Source: Pseudogymnoascus verrucosus
Lineage: Eukaryota
Length of the DNA stretch: 64,000 nucleotides
Assembly (NCBI GenBank): GCA_001662655.1
Contig: KV460270.1
Direction: 5' to 3' (one strand)
Every line of letters begins with the position of its first letter. Positions within the stretch are counted from its first letter, which is position 1. Below are positions 1-10,944 of this stretch, one piece after another. A program made the translations under genes and the position numbers. The notes beneath the pieces are model-generated. The model saw only the letters and a program-made list of their open reading frames with translations, made no database searches and had not been told where the DNA came from.

Positions 1-1683
1 GGTCAATATGTTCAACATTGGATCTATCATCAGTTTCTTTTTCACGCCCTACATCGCTGATAGATGGGGCCGTAAGTTTGCTATCACCTGTGGCTGTCTT
101 ATCATGTGTCTCGGTGGCTGCCTGTCCGCCTTCTGCAATGGCTACGGAAGTAGGTGACCCCCTGATAATTCATACGGCATCCCAGTGGCTAAGAATAACC
201 TACAGTGTTCATCGCCGGCCGCTTCGTCCTCGGTTTCGGCAACAGCTTGGCGCAGATGTGCTCGCCCCTCCTGCTGACTGAAATCTGCCATCCCCAGCAC
301 CGTGGGCCCGTGACTGCCATCTACAATTGTCTGTGGAATTTGGGCGCCCTGGTGGTGTCCTGCATCGGATGGGGAACGTCGACTATCAACAATGACTGGT
401 CCTGGAGAACTATCACCTTCATTCAGATCATTCCTTCTGCTGTCCAGCTCATGTTCATCTACTGTAAGCAATCCCAAAACGAAACCGTATTCTGGACGCG
501 CTAACTTACAGACATAGGGATCCCGGAATCCCCAAGATACCTGATCTCCAAGGATCGCACCGATGAGGCGCTTGACATGCTCGCCACCTACCACGCTGGA
601 GGCGACAAGAACAACGCAACCGTGCAATACGAGTTCCAGGAGATCAAAGAGACGATGCGCCTTGACAAGCTGACTAACCGCGCCGTCAGATACTCGGATT
701 TCTTCAAGACAAAGGGAAACCGCTGGCGTCTGGCCATCATCATCTCCCTTGGTGTCATTTCCCAGTACTCCGGCAATGCCATTCTCTCCAACTACATTAA
801 CGTTATTTACGAAGGTGCCGGTATCCATGACCAGAACCAGAAGCTCGGTGTAAGGATCCCCAACTTTGGCACACTGCCCATGACTAATATAATGCATAGA
901 TCACCACCGGCAAAACTATTCTAGATCTCAGCGTCACCATCGCCGCTGCCCTATCTGTCGACAGATTTGGTCGTCGCCCGCTCTTCCTCACTTCCATCTG
1001 CGGTATGCACAATGACCCCTTTCTTATTATTGCCCCTGCTAACGCCCAGCAAAGGCATGGTCGGCTGCTTCGTCTGCTGGACCATAACTAGCGCCGTGTA
1101 CGAGAACTCCAACCTCCAGAACGCCGGCGCCGGCTACGCGCAGCTCGTCTTCATCTGGCTCTTTGGCTGCTTCTACGACATCGGCTTTTCCGGTCTCCTG
1201 GTCGCCTACGCCCTCGAGGTCCTGCCCTTCCATCTCCGCGCCAAGGGCATGATGATCATGAACATCACCGTGCAAGCTATCCTCGCTCTCTCCAAGTTCG
1301 TCACCCCCGCCCCAAAATCCCTACTGAACCCACTAACCAAACCCCAGCCAAACGAACCTCCTCGCCTGGGACAACCTCCCCAACCACTGGAACTTCATGT
1401 TGTTCTACACAGTACGCCTCCCTCCGCCCCCCTTTTTCTATTCCAAGTCAGACCCAGCTAACAATACCCCCCCCAGCTTTGGGACACCTGCGAACTCGTC
1501 TTCGTCTACTTCTTCTACGTCGAAACCAACGGCCCAACCCTCGAGCAAATCTGCAAGATCTTTGACGGCGACGACGCAGCCGCCCATATCGACCTTCACC
1601 AGGTCGAGAAGGAGATCGCGCAGCAGCACCATGAGGATGATATCGTCGAGGTGCAGGCTGCCTCTCTCAAGGGGGCTGCTTAG
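1..1683 (+). CDS. MFS sugar porter (lactose permease/cellodextrin transporter-like), 5' truncated by window edge; 6 introns in window
   Basis: Spliced translation gives YIADRWGRK, FIAGRFVLGFGN, LLLTEICHPQHRG, IPESPRYL, VDRFGRRPLFL, EVLPFHLRAKG and VETNGPTLEQI, all sugar-porter motifs; stop TAG at 1681-1683. Confidence 0.92.
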
Positions 1684-2233
1684 GGTCCTCTGCGCTTGCG
1701 CGTGAGTTCTGGTTTAGTCATTCCTTTGTTTTAAGTGGAGGTGAAGAGGTAATGTGGGGAAGAGATGCAAGGACGCGGCTTCTTCTTATGCTGGAAGGCT
1801 CTGCTGCATGGACCAGTTGGTTGCCGGAGCTGGATGGTTAGGGGGTCGCGTAACTGTAAGCCATCGATATATAACAACTATGAGCAATTTAATACATTCG
1901 TTTCTCTGCTCAACAATGATGGCCCATACTTTCGGAACAATGATGTGTGTAAGTAGATTTTAATTTTTGGAAGTAGTGTGGGGTTTAAATTGGTAGTAGT
2001 ACTGGAATGAATGTGTGGAAATTCGTAGGCTACTAAAGTAATGTAATCTCCAATTTCAGTTCATAGAGCTGCCATCATCCCCTTATAGTTCGGTAATACT
2101 TGTAGCATCCATCTAGAAGTCAACCCAAGCTCATCATTCCTTGCGCCAAAACTCTGCAAAATTCCACCTACCAACAAGTCCAACGAAACCTCCATCCATC
2201 TCCAATCCCACGTTCATCCCCCACAAGAGCCAT

Positions 2234-2650
2234 TCAAAAATCCTCCAACTTAACAACATCATACGCTACCTCCTCATACGGATGCGCACTACCCCTCATT
2301 AGCCCACTCCCCTTCCCTCCCACACCCCCTCTCGGGAAAACTCACCTCTTCAAAGCCTCCACAGCCCGTCTAACCACCTCCTCCCCCTGACACAGCGTTT
2401 CGACCCTCACCTCCTCCAACACCTCGAGCTTCCCCACGGTCCCAATAGCCGGCTTAGCAGCATCACCGGGGCGGAACTGGCCTGTGCCGAGGGTGGTCCA
2501 GCAGACTTCGGTGTAGGAACCGGGACCAGGGTAGCGGCCGGCGCCGGCGGCAAAGATGGCGGTTTTGCAGGCAGAGAGGGAGGAAGGGGGGACAAAGAAG
2601 ACCAGTTTGTAGCGGGTTAGGGTGGCGGCTGCGGCTGCGGTGCTGGCCAT
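2234..2650 (-). CDS. Small stand-alone NIF3/YqfO-type PII-like (GlnB-like) domain protein; 1 intron (~2289-2345)
   Basis: YKLVFFVP...AIFAAGAGRY..YTEVCW...GTGQFRPG..A.PAIG..G..E..EEVRVE and, after splicing, ALKSAHPYEEVAYDVVKLEDF*; this is the signature of the NIF3 PII-like insert domain. Confidence 0.85.
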
Positions 2651-3045
2651 GGCGGCGGTTTGGCGTTGGTTTGGTAGGAGTTGGCGTGAGGTGATGATAG
2701 AGTTGATGTGAAGTGGTGGAGGGAGATGCGGGGTTTGGATATCAATTGTGGGGTGAGACAACCGTGGTAAGGGAAACCCCTGACGAGCGATTGACGGGAG
2801 CGCTAATGCGGGAGAGCTATATGACTCGCAACCCAACTTTCCTCATACGGCGACCCCTTCATCCTTCAGCTCCATTATTCAGCCTCGTCGCTTAAGTGTG
2901 CTGCGCCCTCCAAAAATGGATCCTGCGCTAAGTAATGGTAGCGATGTTAATCGGCCTTCATCTCTAGTTTGCTAGCAGCTCCTATGCGGCGCTGAGGACG
3001 GGTGCTATCTATAAGTACTTAAAGGGCTTTTATAACGCTCGCAAG

Positions 3046-4240
3046 ATGGCGTCTGTTCAACTGCAAACTCTTGACCAACAAGGCTCTTCGTCAGCCGCAT
3101 CAACCTCAATTTCGCCATCTATAGAGAGGCGCCCTACCGTTACGAGGGCAACGGAGACCTCTTTACCTAGAGCTTCGGCAGCTTCGCCTGGACCATTACT
3201 AGAGCAGCAGCAGCAACAGCAGCAATCTTCACAAGAGGGAAGACAACTTCAAACAGAACTAGCCCTAGAAGAAGCCCGCCGAATGATACAACAATGGTTT
3301 ACACAAGCAACCTCAGAAGAGACCCACGGAACGCCACAGCAGTTGCAAACAGAAGCGCAACAGGGACAGCAAGAAATCGAGAATGGCACCCATGACACCC
3401 CGCCATCCCTGTGGTCTAAAATTGCTGAAAGGCTTGGATTCATTGTGGCAGTTCTTGCATTTCTTCTTGCGATTGGGATGATAGCCCCGACAGTTGGGCA
3501 GTATGCTACAGGGGTATGGTCCACTGCAAAAGACTATCAGGACTGGTGCAAGGGCGAGCAGGTACGTGCCTTTGTGCAGCATTATAGGGGGTGAAGCTAA
3601 CAAAAGGGTTGTCTAGAGCATGGAGCACACCCTCACTCATGCTTGCGCACTGATCATAGATCGGCCATTACCGCCACCTCCTGGACTGAACCAAGTGTTC
3701 AGGGGCGTTAGGCGGCGAGAGGTTGGGAGTGTCGACGCTTCCCCCTGGAGCCATCTAACAGATATGGAGTTGAAGGGGTTGTACTCGACGGCGCTCTTTG
3801 GCTTTAGCATGCTTGCAATAGCGTTGAAGGGCAAAGACATCGAATTAATTGTCTGCTCGGTTTCTATTGGTTATCTCATAGAAGAAGCATGGGCTATGTT
3901 GCCTTTAAGGAGCATATTTCTCATCATATACTTTATATGGGAGCCATGGTTCGCATATGACCTAGGGTATGTATTTCTCTTGGCAGACCTTATCTATTTT
4001 CTAGGGGAAGTTGGAGACGACGAGGGAACAATTTGGGTGGGCCTAGCTGTAGTACTTACCAGCTACCGTATCGCATACACGAGTAGAAGTTCCAGGTATT
4101 TCCGGTGGTTTCAATGCCCCATGCTAGCTACGTCCATTCTACTCGCTGGGATGAGTTGCTGGGGCAGGCTCGTGGTTATGTACCAATTTTTGACGGACAT
4201 ATATCGGGAAATACAACACTTCTTTCTGTTCGATATCTAA
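3046..4240 (+). CDS. Hypothetical membrane protein; intron ~3562-3616
   Basis: Two long ORFs join by GTACGT...CTAAC...TAG; S/Q-rich N-terminus, a TM helix followed by WSTAKDYQDWC...C...LPPPPG, and a hydrophobic C-terminus. Confidence 0.65.
3203..3225 (+). repeat. CAG/CAA trinucleotide tract encoding poly-Gln
   Basis: cagcagcagcaacagcagcaa inside exon 1 of the 3046 gene. Confidence 0.8.
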
Positions 4241-4721
4241 ATACATAAAACGATTATCGCGTTTATTAGATTTGATAGGAGTTAGCTAAACTTGGGGATC
4301 AAACACCACTGCCTAGATTACACTGTCAATCATAAACAAATTTGTATAGCTTTCAAGAGCCAAAATGTGATTGCTGCAGCTACAAGAATTACGGCATCTA
4401 AGATACTACAAGATGATCGTACATACGCTCTTCCCCTTGACTCGGCTTACATCGTCGTCATGAGCTCTTTATTCTAGCATTTACTTAATAATTTGTTTGC
4501 CGTTTCGATCTGTCCTGTAGTTTGCTCTACCGGTCCGCTTATGTGTTCAGGGTTAGATAGGAGGCGAACCCTTTGTTCCTATCTTCCTTATAAGAAATCG
4601 AATAGCCCTTAGCCCCGTAAACATAACAACAACAAACACAAAACGTCTACTTCCACAACTCAGATTGCAAGTATTGCTTTGAACCTTTTTGAAGTTCTCC
4701 ACAACCAATCCTTTCGTCGCC

Positions 4722-6511
4722 ATGAAGCACGACGATATTGCCTCCCCTGGGAGCAGCCCATCGAGCTCATCGTCAACCTCATCAAGCTCAAGCAGCACAT
4801 GGTCCAAGGTGCCAGAACAAACCCCGGAAGAAACAGAAGATGCTCGTCTGTTTGACTATCACCTCGACCTTTTGAAGTCTGGCTCTGGCTCTGGACAACA
4901 AGCACTCCAAGACGTCACCACGGCACCGATCTTTTCCATGCCTGTTCTCAAGCACGCTGAAGCCGCAACCGTTGCCGTTGGTGATTCCCCACCAGTATTT
5001 CCACAATACGGTCTACTTGCTGGCATGACTGAGAGCGCACCAAATGAGCCAAAATCTGAGGATGGAGACAAATCATACATTCATGATCCTCGGATCTTCT
5101 TCAATGTTGCTGCTCCATCGAGCACTTTCATCTGTGGTTCCCAAGGTTCCGGCAAGAGCCACACCCTCTCATGCTTGCTTGAGAATTGCTTGATCCCATC
5201 GGATGCCAACAAGCTTCCTCGTCCCCTCACGGGTCTTGTGTTCCATTATGACACCTTCATCTCCGACGGTGGTGGATCTCCATGCGAGGCCGCCTACCTT
5301 TCTTCAGATCCAAGCATCAAAGTGAGAGTCCTGTGCTCGCCGACCAACTTCCGCACCATCAGAGTAAGCCCACTCACTTCTTCTACATATTTTGCTTTTT
5401 CACTGACCTTTGCAGCGAACCTATAGTGCCTTCAAAAACGTCACCGTTGAGCCGCTGCGAATCAGCGAAGAGAACCTCAACACCAAGCGCATGCTTGATT
5501 TGATGGCTGTGAGCCGCGGCGATGGCCCAATGCCTCTGTATTTGCATGCTGTCTACCGCATCCTTCGAGAGATGCGAATGGAGCAACAGGAGATGGGAAC
5601 TGGATTCAGCTACGCCACGTTCAAGGACCGCGTTTCGAGAACGGAAATGACTCCGGCTCAACTCAGTCCGCTCGCACAGCGACTTGATACTCTTCAGAGT
5701 TTCATGCCAAACACGGAGACTGGGGTCATAATCCAGCAGCGAAAGGGCAAGCTGGTGAGACAGTATGGGAATGACTGGACCTCCAAGGTATGTGGCCGCG
5801 TTATGACATTTGGTCTATACCTTCTAACAGTTCTAGCCTGACTCTCTAACCATCGTCGATCTTTCATGCCCCTGTGTTACGCCAGAGGGGGCTTGCTCAC
5901 TATTCAACATCTGCTTGAGTATTTTCCTCGACCAGGACACAGCGGGTCGTCGGGTGATTGCCTTGGATGAGGCACACAAAGTAAGTGAGAATCTTCGAGG
6001 CAAAATCCTTGTTCTAACCCATAACTTTTAGTTCATGAATGAATCGGCCGAGGCCCAGACCCTCACGGCGACCCTTCTCACCACAATCCGACTGCAACGC
6101 CATCTCGGCGCCAGAATCATTATCAGCACCCAGGAGCCAACTATCTCACCGGAGCTTCTCGACTTGTGCTCGATCACCATTGTCCACCGCTTTACGTCAC
6201 CTGAATGGATGAAAAGCCTTAAAGCCCATTTGGCAGCAGCAGCGTCCGACATTACTGCACCGGAGCCGGATGCAGGCGATCGAGACACAGAGTCAATCCC
6301 AGGCGCGAAGGTCCAGACGGCAAGTATGATCTTCAAGAAAATTGTTGGGTTGGAAGTTGGAGAGGCACTCCTGTTCTCGCCCAGCGCGATGGTTGGTGTA
6401 GATGCGGCAAGCGTCAGTGGCAGATATGCGAGGCTCGGGTCCGGATTTCTGAAAGTCAGGGTGAGGAGTAGGTTGACAACCGATGGAGGCAAGAGTGTTT
6501 TGGCCGCATAG
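4722..6511 (+). CDS. P-loop NTPase of the HerA/FtsK/VirB4-like class; 3 introns (~5364-5416, 5788-5837, 5981-6031)
   Basis: Walker A GSQGSGKSHT; Walker B VIALDEAHK (exon 3); RLQRHLGARIIISTQEP matches the Arg-finger and Gln-sensor motifs of HerA/FtsK ATPases. Confidence 0.85.
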
Positions 6512-6572
6512 AGAGACCGTGACAAGATGTTGGATTATTGAGTTAGACAGATACTATAGCGTATGAATGAAG

Positions 6573-7714
6573 TCAACCGTCCTCTTCAGAATCTCCATTC
6601 ATCAACCGTCTTTTAAGTTCCTCTGCAAACCCACAACTCTCTATGCTCTCCTTATCAACCTTGTGATTATCGCACCAGCATCTATCATTCCCACGTTGAT
6701 ACTCATGGATAACTAGCGGACTACGTTCAATTCTCTCCACATTGAACTGCACGTCGACAGCATCCAGCTTCAATTTTGAGAAAACCCGTAGCGGCACCTG
6801 CGTACAAATCCACTTGGCAAAATCCGCGATTTTCTCGCTGCTATCCTTACACACTAGGGAATCTGAGTCCATCAGCTGCCCCAACTTCCCAAAGTATTGT
6901 CCTCCAGTGCGAAACCGCTGCGGATCACAACACTGCCTAATCATTTCCCACTCGTTTGCCGGCCCATGACTGCAGCCGAATCTTATCTGCAACCGCAGTT
7001 CACGCAGGCCGGTGAAGTAGTCAGCACCATTTGCTAGTGCACTGCTACTAGGCGCGAGACAAAACGGACACTTGCATATATATCGTCCTCCCCACCAATC
7101 ATCGGGGTTCCTCATCATTATTTCCCACCCGTGGTTTACGGATTTAGAGAAAGAGAACTTGCAGTGGTTTGAAAAAGGAGGTATGAACTTGTTGCGGGTG
7201 TCTGCATTGATAGCCAGTTGTAGGTCTAACGATAGCGACCGCACCATCGACGGCTTGATAAAAGTCTCTGGTGACTGGAACATGAATGCCGACAGGCAAA
7301 ACACATTGTCAAACGCGAGACATATGTTTGCATAAAAAACGGACCGGGCTTCGGCGTAGATTTGGCGGTTTGTGAGAAGCCAGATGAGTGGATTGGCAGT
7401 CAGTTTAGCTTTAGCTTTCGAAGAGCGAAGTTTGCGTTGTTTGTTGGTGAGTACCGGAGGGGGAATAGCAAAGCTGAATCTCGCAACTTGCTCTAGTGGA
7501 CCAAATGTGAGAGACTCTGCACATACGAGGATTGGTCCTGAACAAGTGGCGACGGCTTCCCAGATCATGAATCGTACTTCTGCTGGGAGGGTGAGTAATG
7601 AGGGCGGTTGAGAGATTGCTCCATCGGCGCCTACTGTGATTTAGAATCCGGAGAAGAATATCTGTTGAGCTTACTACCTTCTATTGGCATTCGCCTTCTG
7701 GGATGTCTTCCCAT
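6573..7714 (-). CDS. Hypothetical protein with N-terminal F-box-like motif (DUF7730-like); short first exon, intron ~7633-7677
   Basis: Splicing gives MGRHPRRRMPIE/VGADGAISQPPSLLTLPAEVRFMIWEAV...LLTNRQIYAEARSVFYAN, typical of fungal F-box-like orphan families; 331-aa main ORF. Confidence 0.7.
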
Positions 7715-8155
7715 TGTTTAAATTGTTGCTCCTGCGGAAGCTATAGAAATTCTTGTTAGTCATTGGGATGGCATGTCTTGATTAAAAATGAAGAGGGAAT
7801 ATATGGAGATAATACACACCACGATGTACGCTGTTACTGAACCCAATTCTCTGAAAATAGCTGCAAAATTCTCTCATCATTTTGATTGTGTAGTCGCCCT
7901 TCGTTATTTATGTCTGCCTGTTGATAATGGATGCGGTTATCAGTCATCCGCCCCCAATTACGCCAAGCCTCGAATGCAGCAATGGCCAAGAGACTCAGCC
8001 TTCTTACAAAAACAGCCTATTCGGAATATGTATGTATCTAATAACAAGACCCTTTTGAATGACTCTCAATATCACATACCAGACTCATATATACACACCC
8101 AGACGCCAGACCCTCAAATATGCATACACTGCCGCGCCGCCTCAGCCACACCCAT

Positions 8156-8602
8156 CTACTCCTTCCTCACCCTACTACTCCTCGCCGCCGCTCTAACCCT
8201 ATCCTCCTCGTCAGACCTCGCAACCTTCTCCCCCTCGGCCCCCTCCTTCGCCGCCTTCTCCCCAAGCAGCTGCTTCACAGTACTCTTTGACTCTGGCGCC
8301 GCAAGCGCCCCATGCCTCCGCAGTGACTCATTGCGCCAGCTAATCTGCCCTCCGTCCGCCTCACGGTGCATCTGCGCATTGCGCTTCGCTGCTGTGATGG
8401 ATGTGCGCGCATATCTACTAGCTGTTAGCCGGCACGCGATATGGGTGGAGGGGTGGCGGCATACACGAAGAGGAGAGTGGCCATGCAGAATGCCGCGAGG
8501 GGCGTGGCTATCGTCTAGCGGGTAGAGTTAGTAGGCGCCTATGCGTGTTTAAAGAGGTCAATTGCATACCCGAGCATTGAGATTGTATTTACGTCCTCCC
8601 AT
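8156..8602 (-). CDS. Small single-TM hypothetical protein, 3 exons, with an apparent frame inconsistency at the exon 2/3 junction
   Basis: MGGRKYNLNAR / TIATPLAAFCMATLL / YARTSITAAKRNAQMHREADGGQISWRNESLRRHG...; two GTATGC...CTAAC...TAG introns; phases do not match at the second junction. Confidence 0.55.
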
Positions 8603-8928
8603 ATTTGCGGTGATGATGGGTCGTGTGTAGACGAGGCTGAGGGTTTCACGACGGGCTGTTGTTTTGCTGCGGGAGCTACCCCAAAGTACCAAGCTAGTTT
8701 CCCCAGATCTCGGCAATCGGGATTTGGCATCTTGGACGACAATCGCATCATCACCGACCAAAGGGCAGGCTGTAGGGATGCGACTCAAGACGCGATCTCA
8801 TGAATCACACGGTGAAGGTTCTCCGCGGAGGGGAATTAGTATTTATAAGTATGTGCATTTCGCATAATTCATTAATGCTACCGCTATAAGCAAGAAACTA
8901 CAAACGCTGCTATATCCACTACCCTGCT

Positions 8929-10089
8929 TTATGCCTCAGTCTCCGGAACATATGGAGTCTCCACCGGCCTCTCAGCCTGAGGCTGGATGCGTGCCAAATG
9001 CCTCCTTTCACCAGTGGTCCAATCCACGACGGCTGAGTGCGCGGTGACACGGTTATCCCACACGACGACCGTCTTAGGCGCCCACCTCACGCGAGTCTGG
9101 TAATCGATACCGCGCGCAATATGCGCATACAAGAAAGCAAGAAGCGCATCGCTCTCCTCCTTCTTGAAGCCCACAATGCTCCTCGTGAAGCCCGAGTTAA
9201 CATACAGCGCCTTCTCGCCAGTAGCGGGGTGCGTGCGCACAATCGGGTGCTCATGGGTGACCGGCTCGCGACGCACGACGCCGCCGCGCTTGTGGCTGAA
9301 CTCGGCCTGCTCGATGCCGGAATGGAGGGCCTTGAGGCCATGGAGGCGCTGCTTGAGGGCGGGCGACAGGCGGTTGTAGGCCTCGACTTGGTTGACGAAG
9401 GCGGTGTCGCCGCCGGTCTCGGGGGTGTCGAAGACGTAGAGGAAGGTGGTTCCGGGGGGTTGCGCCTCGTAGGAGACGTCGGAGTGCCAGGCTACGCTGC
9501 TGTTGCGGCCGGCGAAGAAGTTGTCAAGTTCGCCTTTGCTGCCGACGCGGTGGACGAGGTGGATCTCGGGGTAGCCTTCTGGCGCGCCGGAGGTGGGGTG
9601 GATGTGGTGGCGGCCGAAGTAGCCGCCGAAGTCGAGGGCGTCTTTGATGGGAAGGTCGGCAAAGTCTTGGTCGCGGAATGCGACGACCTTGCGCTGGGCG
9701 ACTAGAAGAGCGAGTTGGTCCTTACCGGCGGCGGAGAGCTGGCTGAGCTGCACGCCGGTGACTTCGGAGCCGGTGGCGGGGGTCAGCTTGGTGATTTTGC
9801 TACCCTCGACAAGGAGATCCTTGAAGGTTGGGTCGGCGCCAACACCGTGGTCTACGTGCTCGAATGGCTCGAGCGGCGCGTACTTCTGGTCATAGTCGTA
9901 AACCGGAAGGTAGTGTGGGTATTTTGCGGTGGTAGTTCCTCCCTCTTCGTCGATTTGCCTGCGGACTCTCCTGGCTGGAGCATCTGCTGATGCCTCTGTT
10001 GCTGCCTCTGGTACTGCGACTACTGGGACTTGCTTTGCGACGACTGGAGCGACCTGCTCTTGTTGGATTTCTGCGACGGAAGGAGCCAT
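8929..10089 (-). CDS. TauD/TfdA-family Fe(II)/2-oxoglutarate sulfonate (taurine) dioxygenase, JLP1-like; intronless
   Basis: AQRKVVAFRDQ, WHSDVSYE (HxD), GGDT, HPIVRTHPATGEKALYVN, WDNRVTAHSA (distal His); start MAPSVAE at 10089. Confidence 0.95.
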   Translation of the reverse strand: MAPSVAEIQQEQVAPVVAKQVPVVAVPEAATEASADAPARRVRRQIDEEGGTTTAKYPHYLPVYDYDQKYAPLEPFEHVDHGVGADPTFKDLLVEGSKITKLTPATGSEVTGVQLSQLSAAGKDQLALLVAQRKVVAFRDQDFADLPIKDALDFGGYFGRHHIHPTSGAPEGYPEIHLVHRVGSKGELDNFFAGRNSSVAWHSDVSYEAQPPGTTFLYVFDTPETGGDTAFVNQVEAYNRLSPALKQRLHGLKALHSGIEQAEFSHKRGGVVRREPVTHEHPIVRTHPATGEKALYVNSGFTRSIVGFKKEESDALLAFLYAHIARGIDYQTRVRWAPKTVVVWDNRVTAHSAVVDWTTGERRHLARIQPQAERPVETPYVPETEA

Positions 10090-10664
10090 TTTGAAAGATT
10101 GTTGTTTTTTTGCTTTGGGTGGATTTAGGGTATTGAACTGTTGTGTCACGACTGAAACTACCCCATCAACCTCGTGGGCTCGACGGTTTTATATAACCGC
10201 CATTCATGATACTTCACTTGATGATTTTGTCGGCCATCACGGCGTCTTCAAGCACCGCGAAATCTTTCGCAAGCTCACCATGTTTCGACCATTCTTTGCA
10301 CAATCCGTGGACGGGATGGTGAAATTGGAGAAGCTTTCGACGGCGTAGTCGGGCATTCTACCAGCGATCCGTGGGTCCGATTTCAAAGAGCGGTTCAAGA
10401 GCGATGGTGCGTTTCAACGATGTGGTTCGAACGGAATCACGGCGAAAGTTGTCCCAGATTCACCGATGGAAGCAGGAACATCGTGGATCACGTCGTCGAT
10501 TACGGGCCCGATTTGACTAGGAAACGTACCCACGAGAAGACGCCATCGCGGTGGTCGGCGTCGAAAGTTACCGTCGCCGATAATTTGGTGTATTCCGCAC
10601 ATATTCCAAGTTACAGATAAGACGAGTAAGTCGCATCTTTCCATATGGTCTCAGTTTGCTACAG

Positions 10665-10674
10665 ATGGCGTTAT
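10665..10674. promoter_or_regulatory. Candidate CYS-3/MetR bZIP site ATGGCGTTAT
   Basis: One mismatch to ATGRYRYCAT, in the divergent TauD/permease promoter. Confidence 0.35.
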
Positions 10675-10934
10675 TTGAACTGCTTATCCATCCAACTGCA
10701 TTATGGAATAAAGTAGTGAGGTGCTGCAGTAAATTCCTACAGTAACGTCTTGGCCGTCGGGTTACCCCGCACAAGCGGCGTTTAATCGCAGCATTCAATA
10801 GATGTCCTTTTTGACTTAGTTGAGTCGAGCTCACTATTTGGAAGTTGGTGTACTTGCCATAATCTGCGCCATGTGCCATATCAGGCATGTTGTTGTGTTG
10901 ATGCCCGTCTAGTAGTTACGTGCTATTCTCGGCT

Positions 10935-10944
10935 ATTGCACCAT
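10935..10944. promoter_or_regulatory. Candidate CYS-3/MetR bZIP site ATTGCACCAT (reverse complement ATGGTGCAAT)
   Basis: One mismatch to ATGRYRYCAT, in the same divergent promoter. Confidence 0.4.

Noticed and set aside
142..897. Long antisense ORFs (also 9037-9705, 16981-17670, 34844-35392, 58943-59782, 59885-60961)
   Set aside because: Shadows of strongly codon-biased genes on the opposite strand; no independent motifs
7788..8525. 245-aa + strand ORF
   Set aside because: No recognisable motifs; overlaps the spliced small gene on the - strand and AT-rich intergenic DNA
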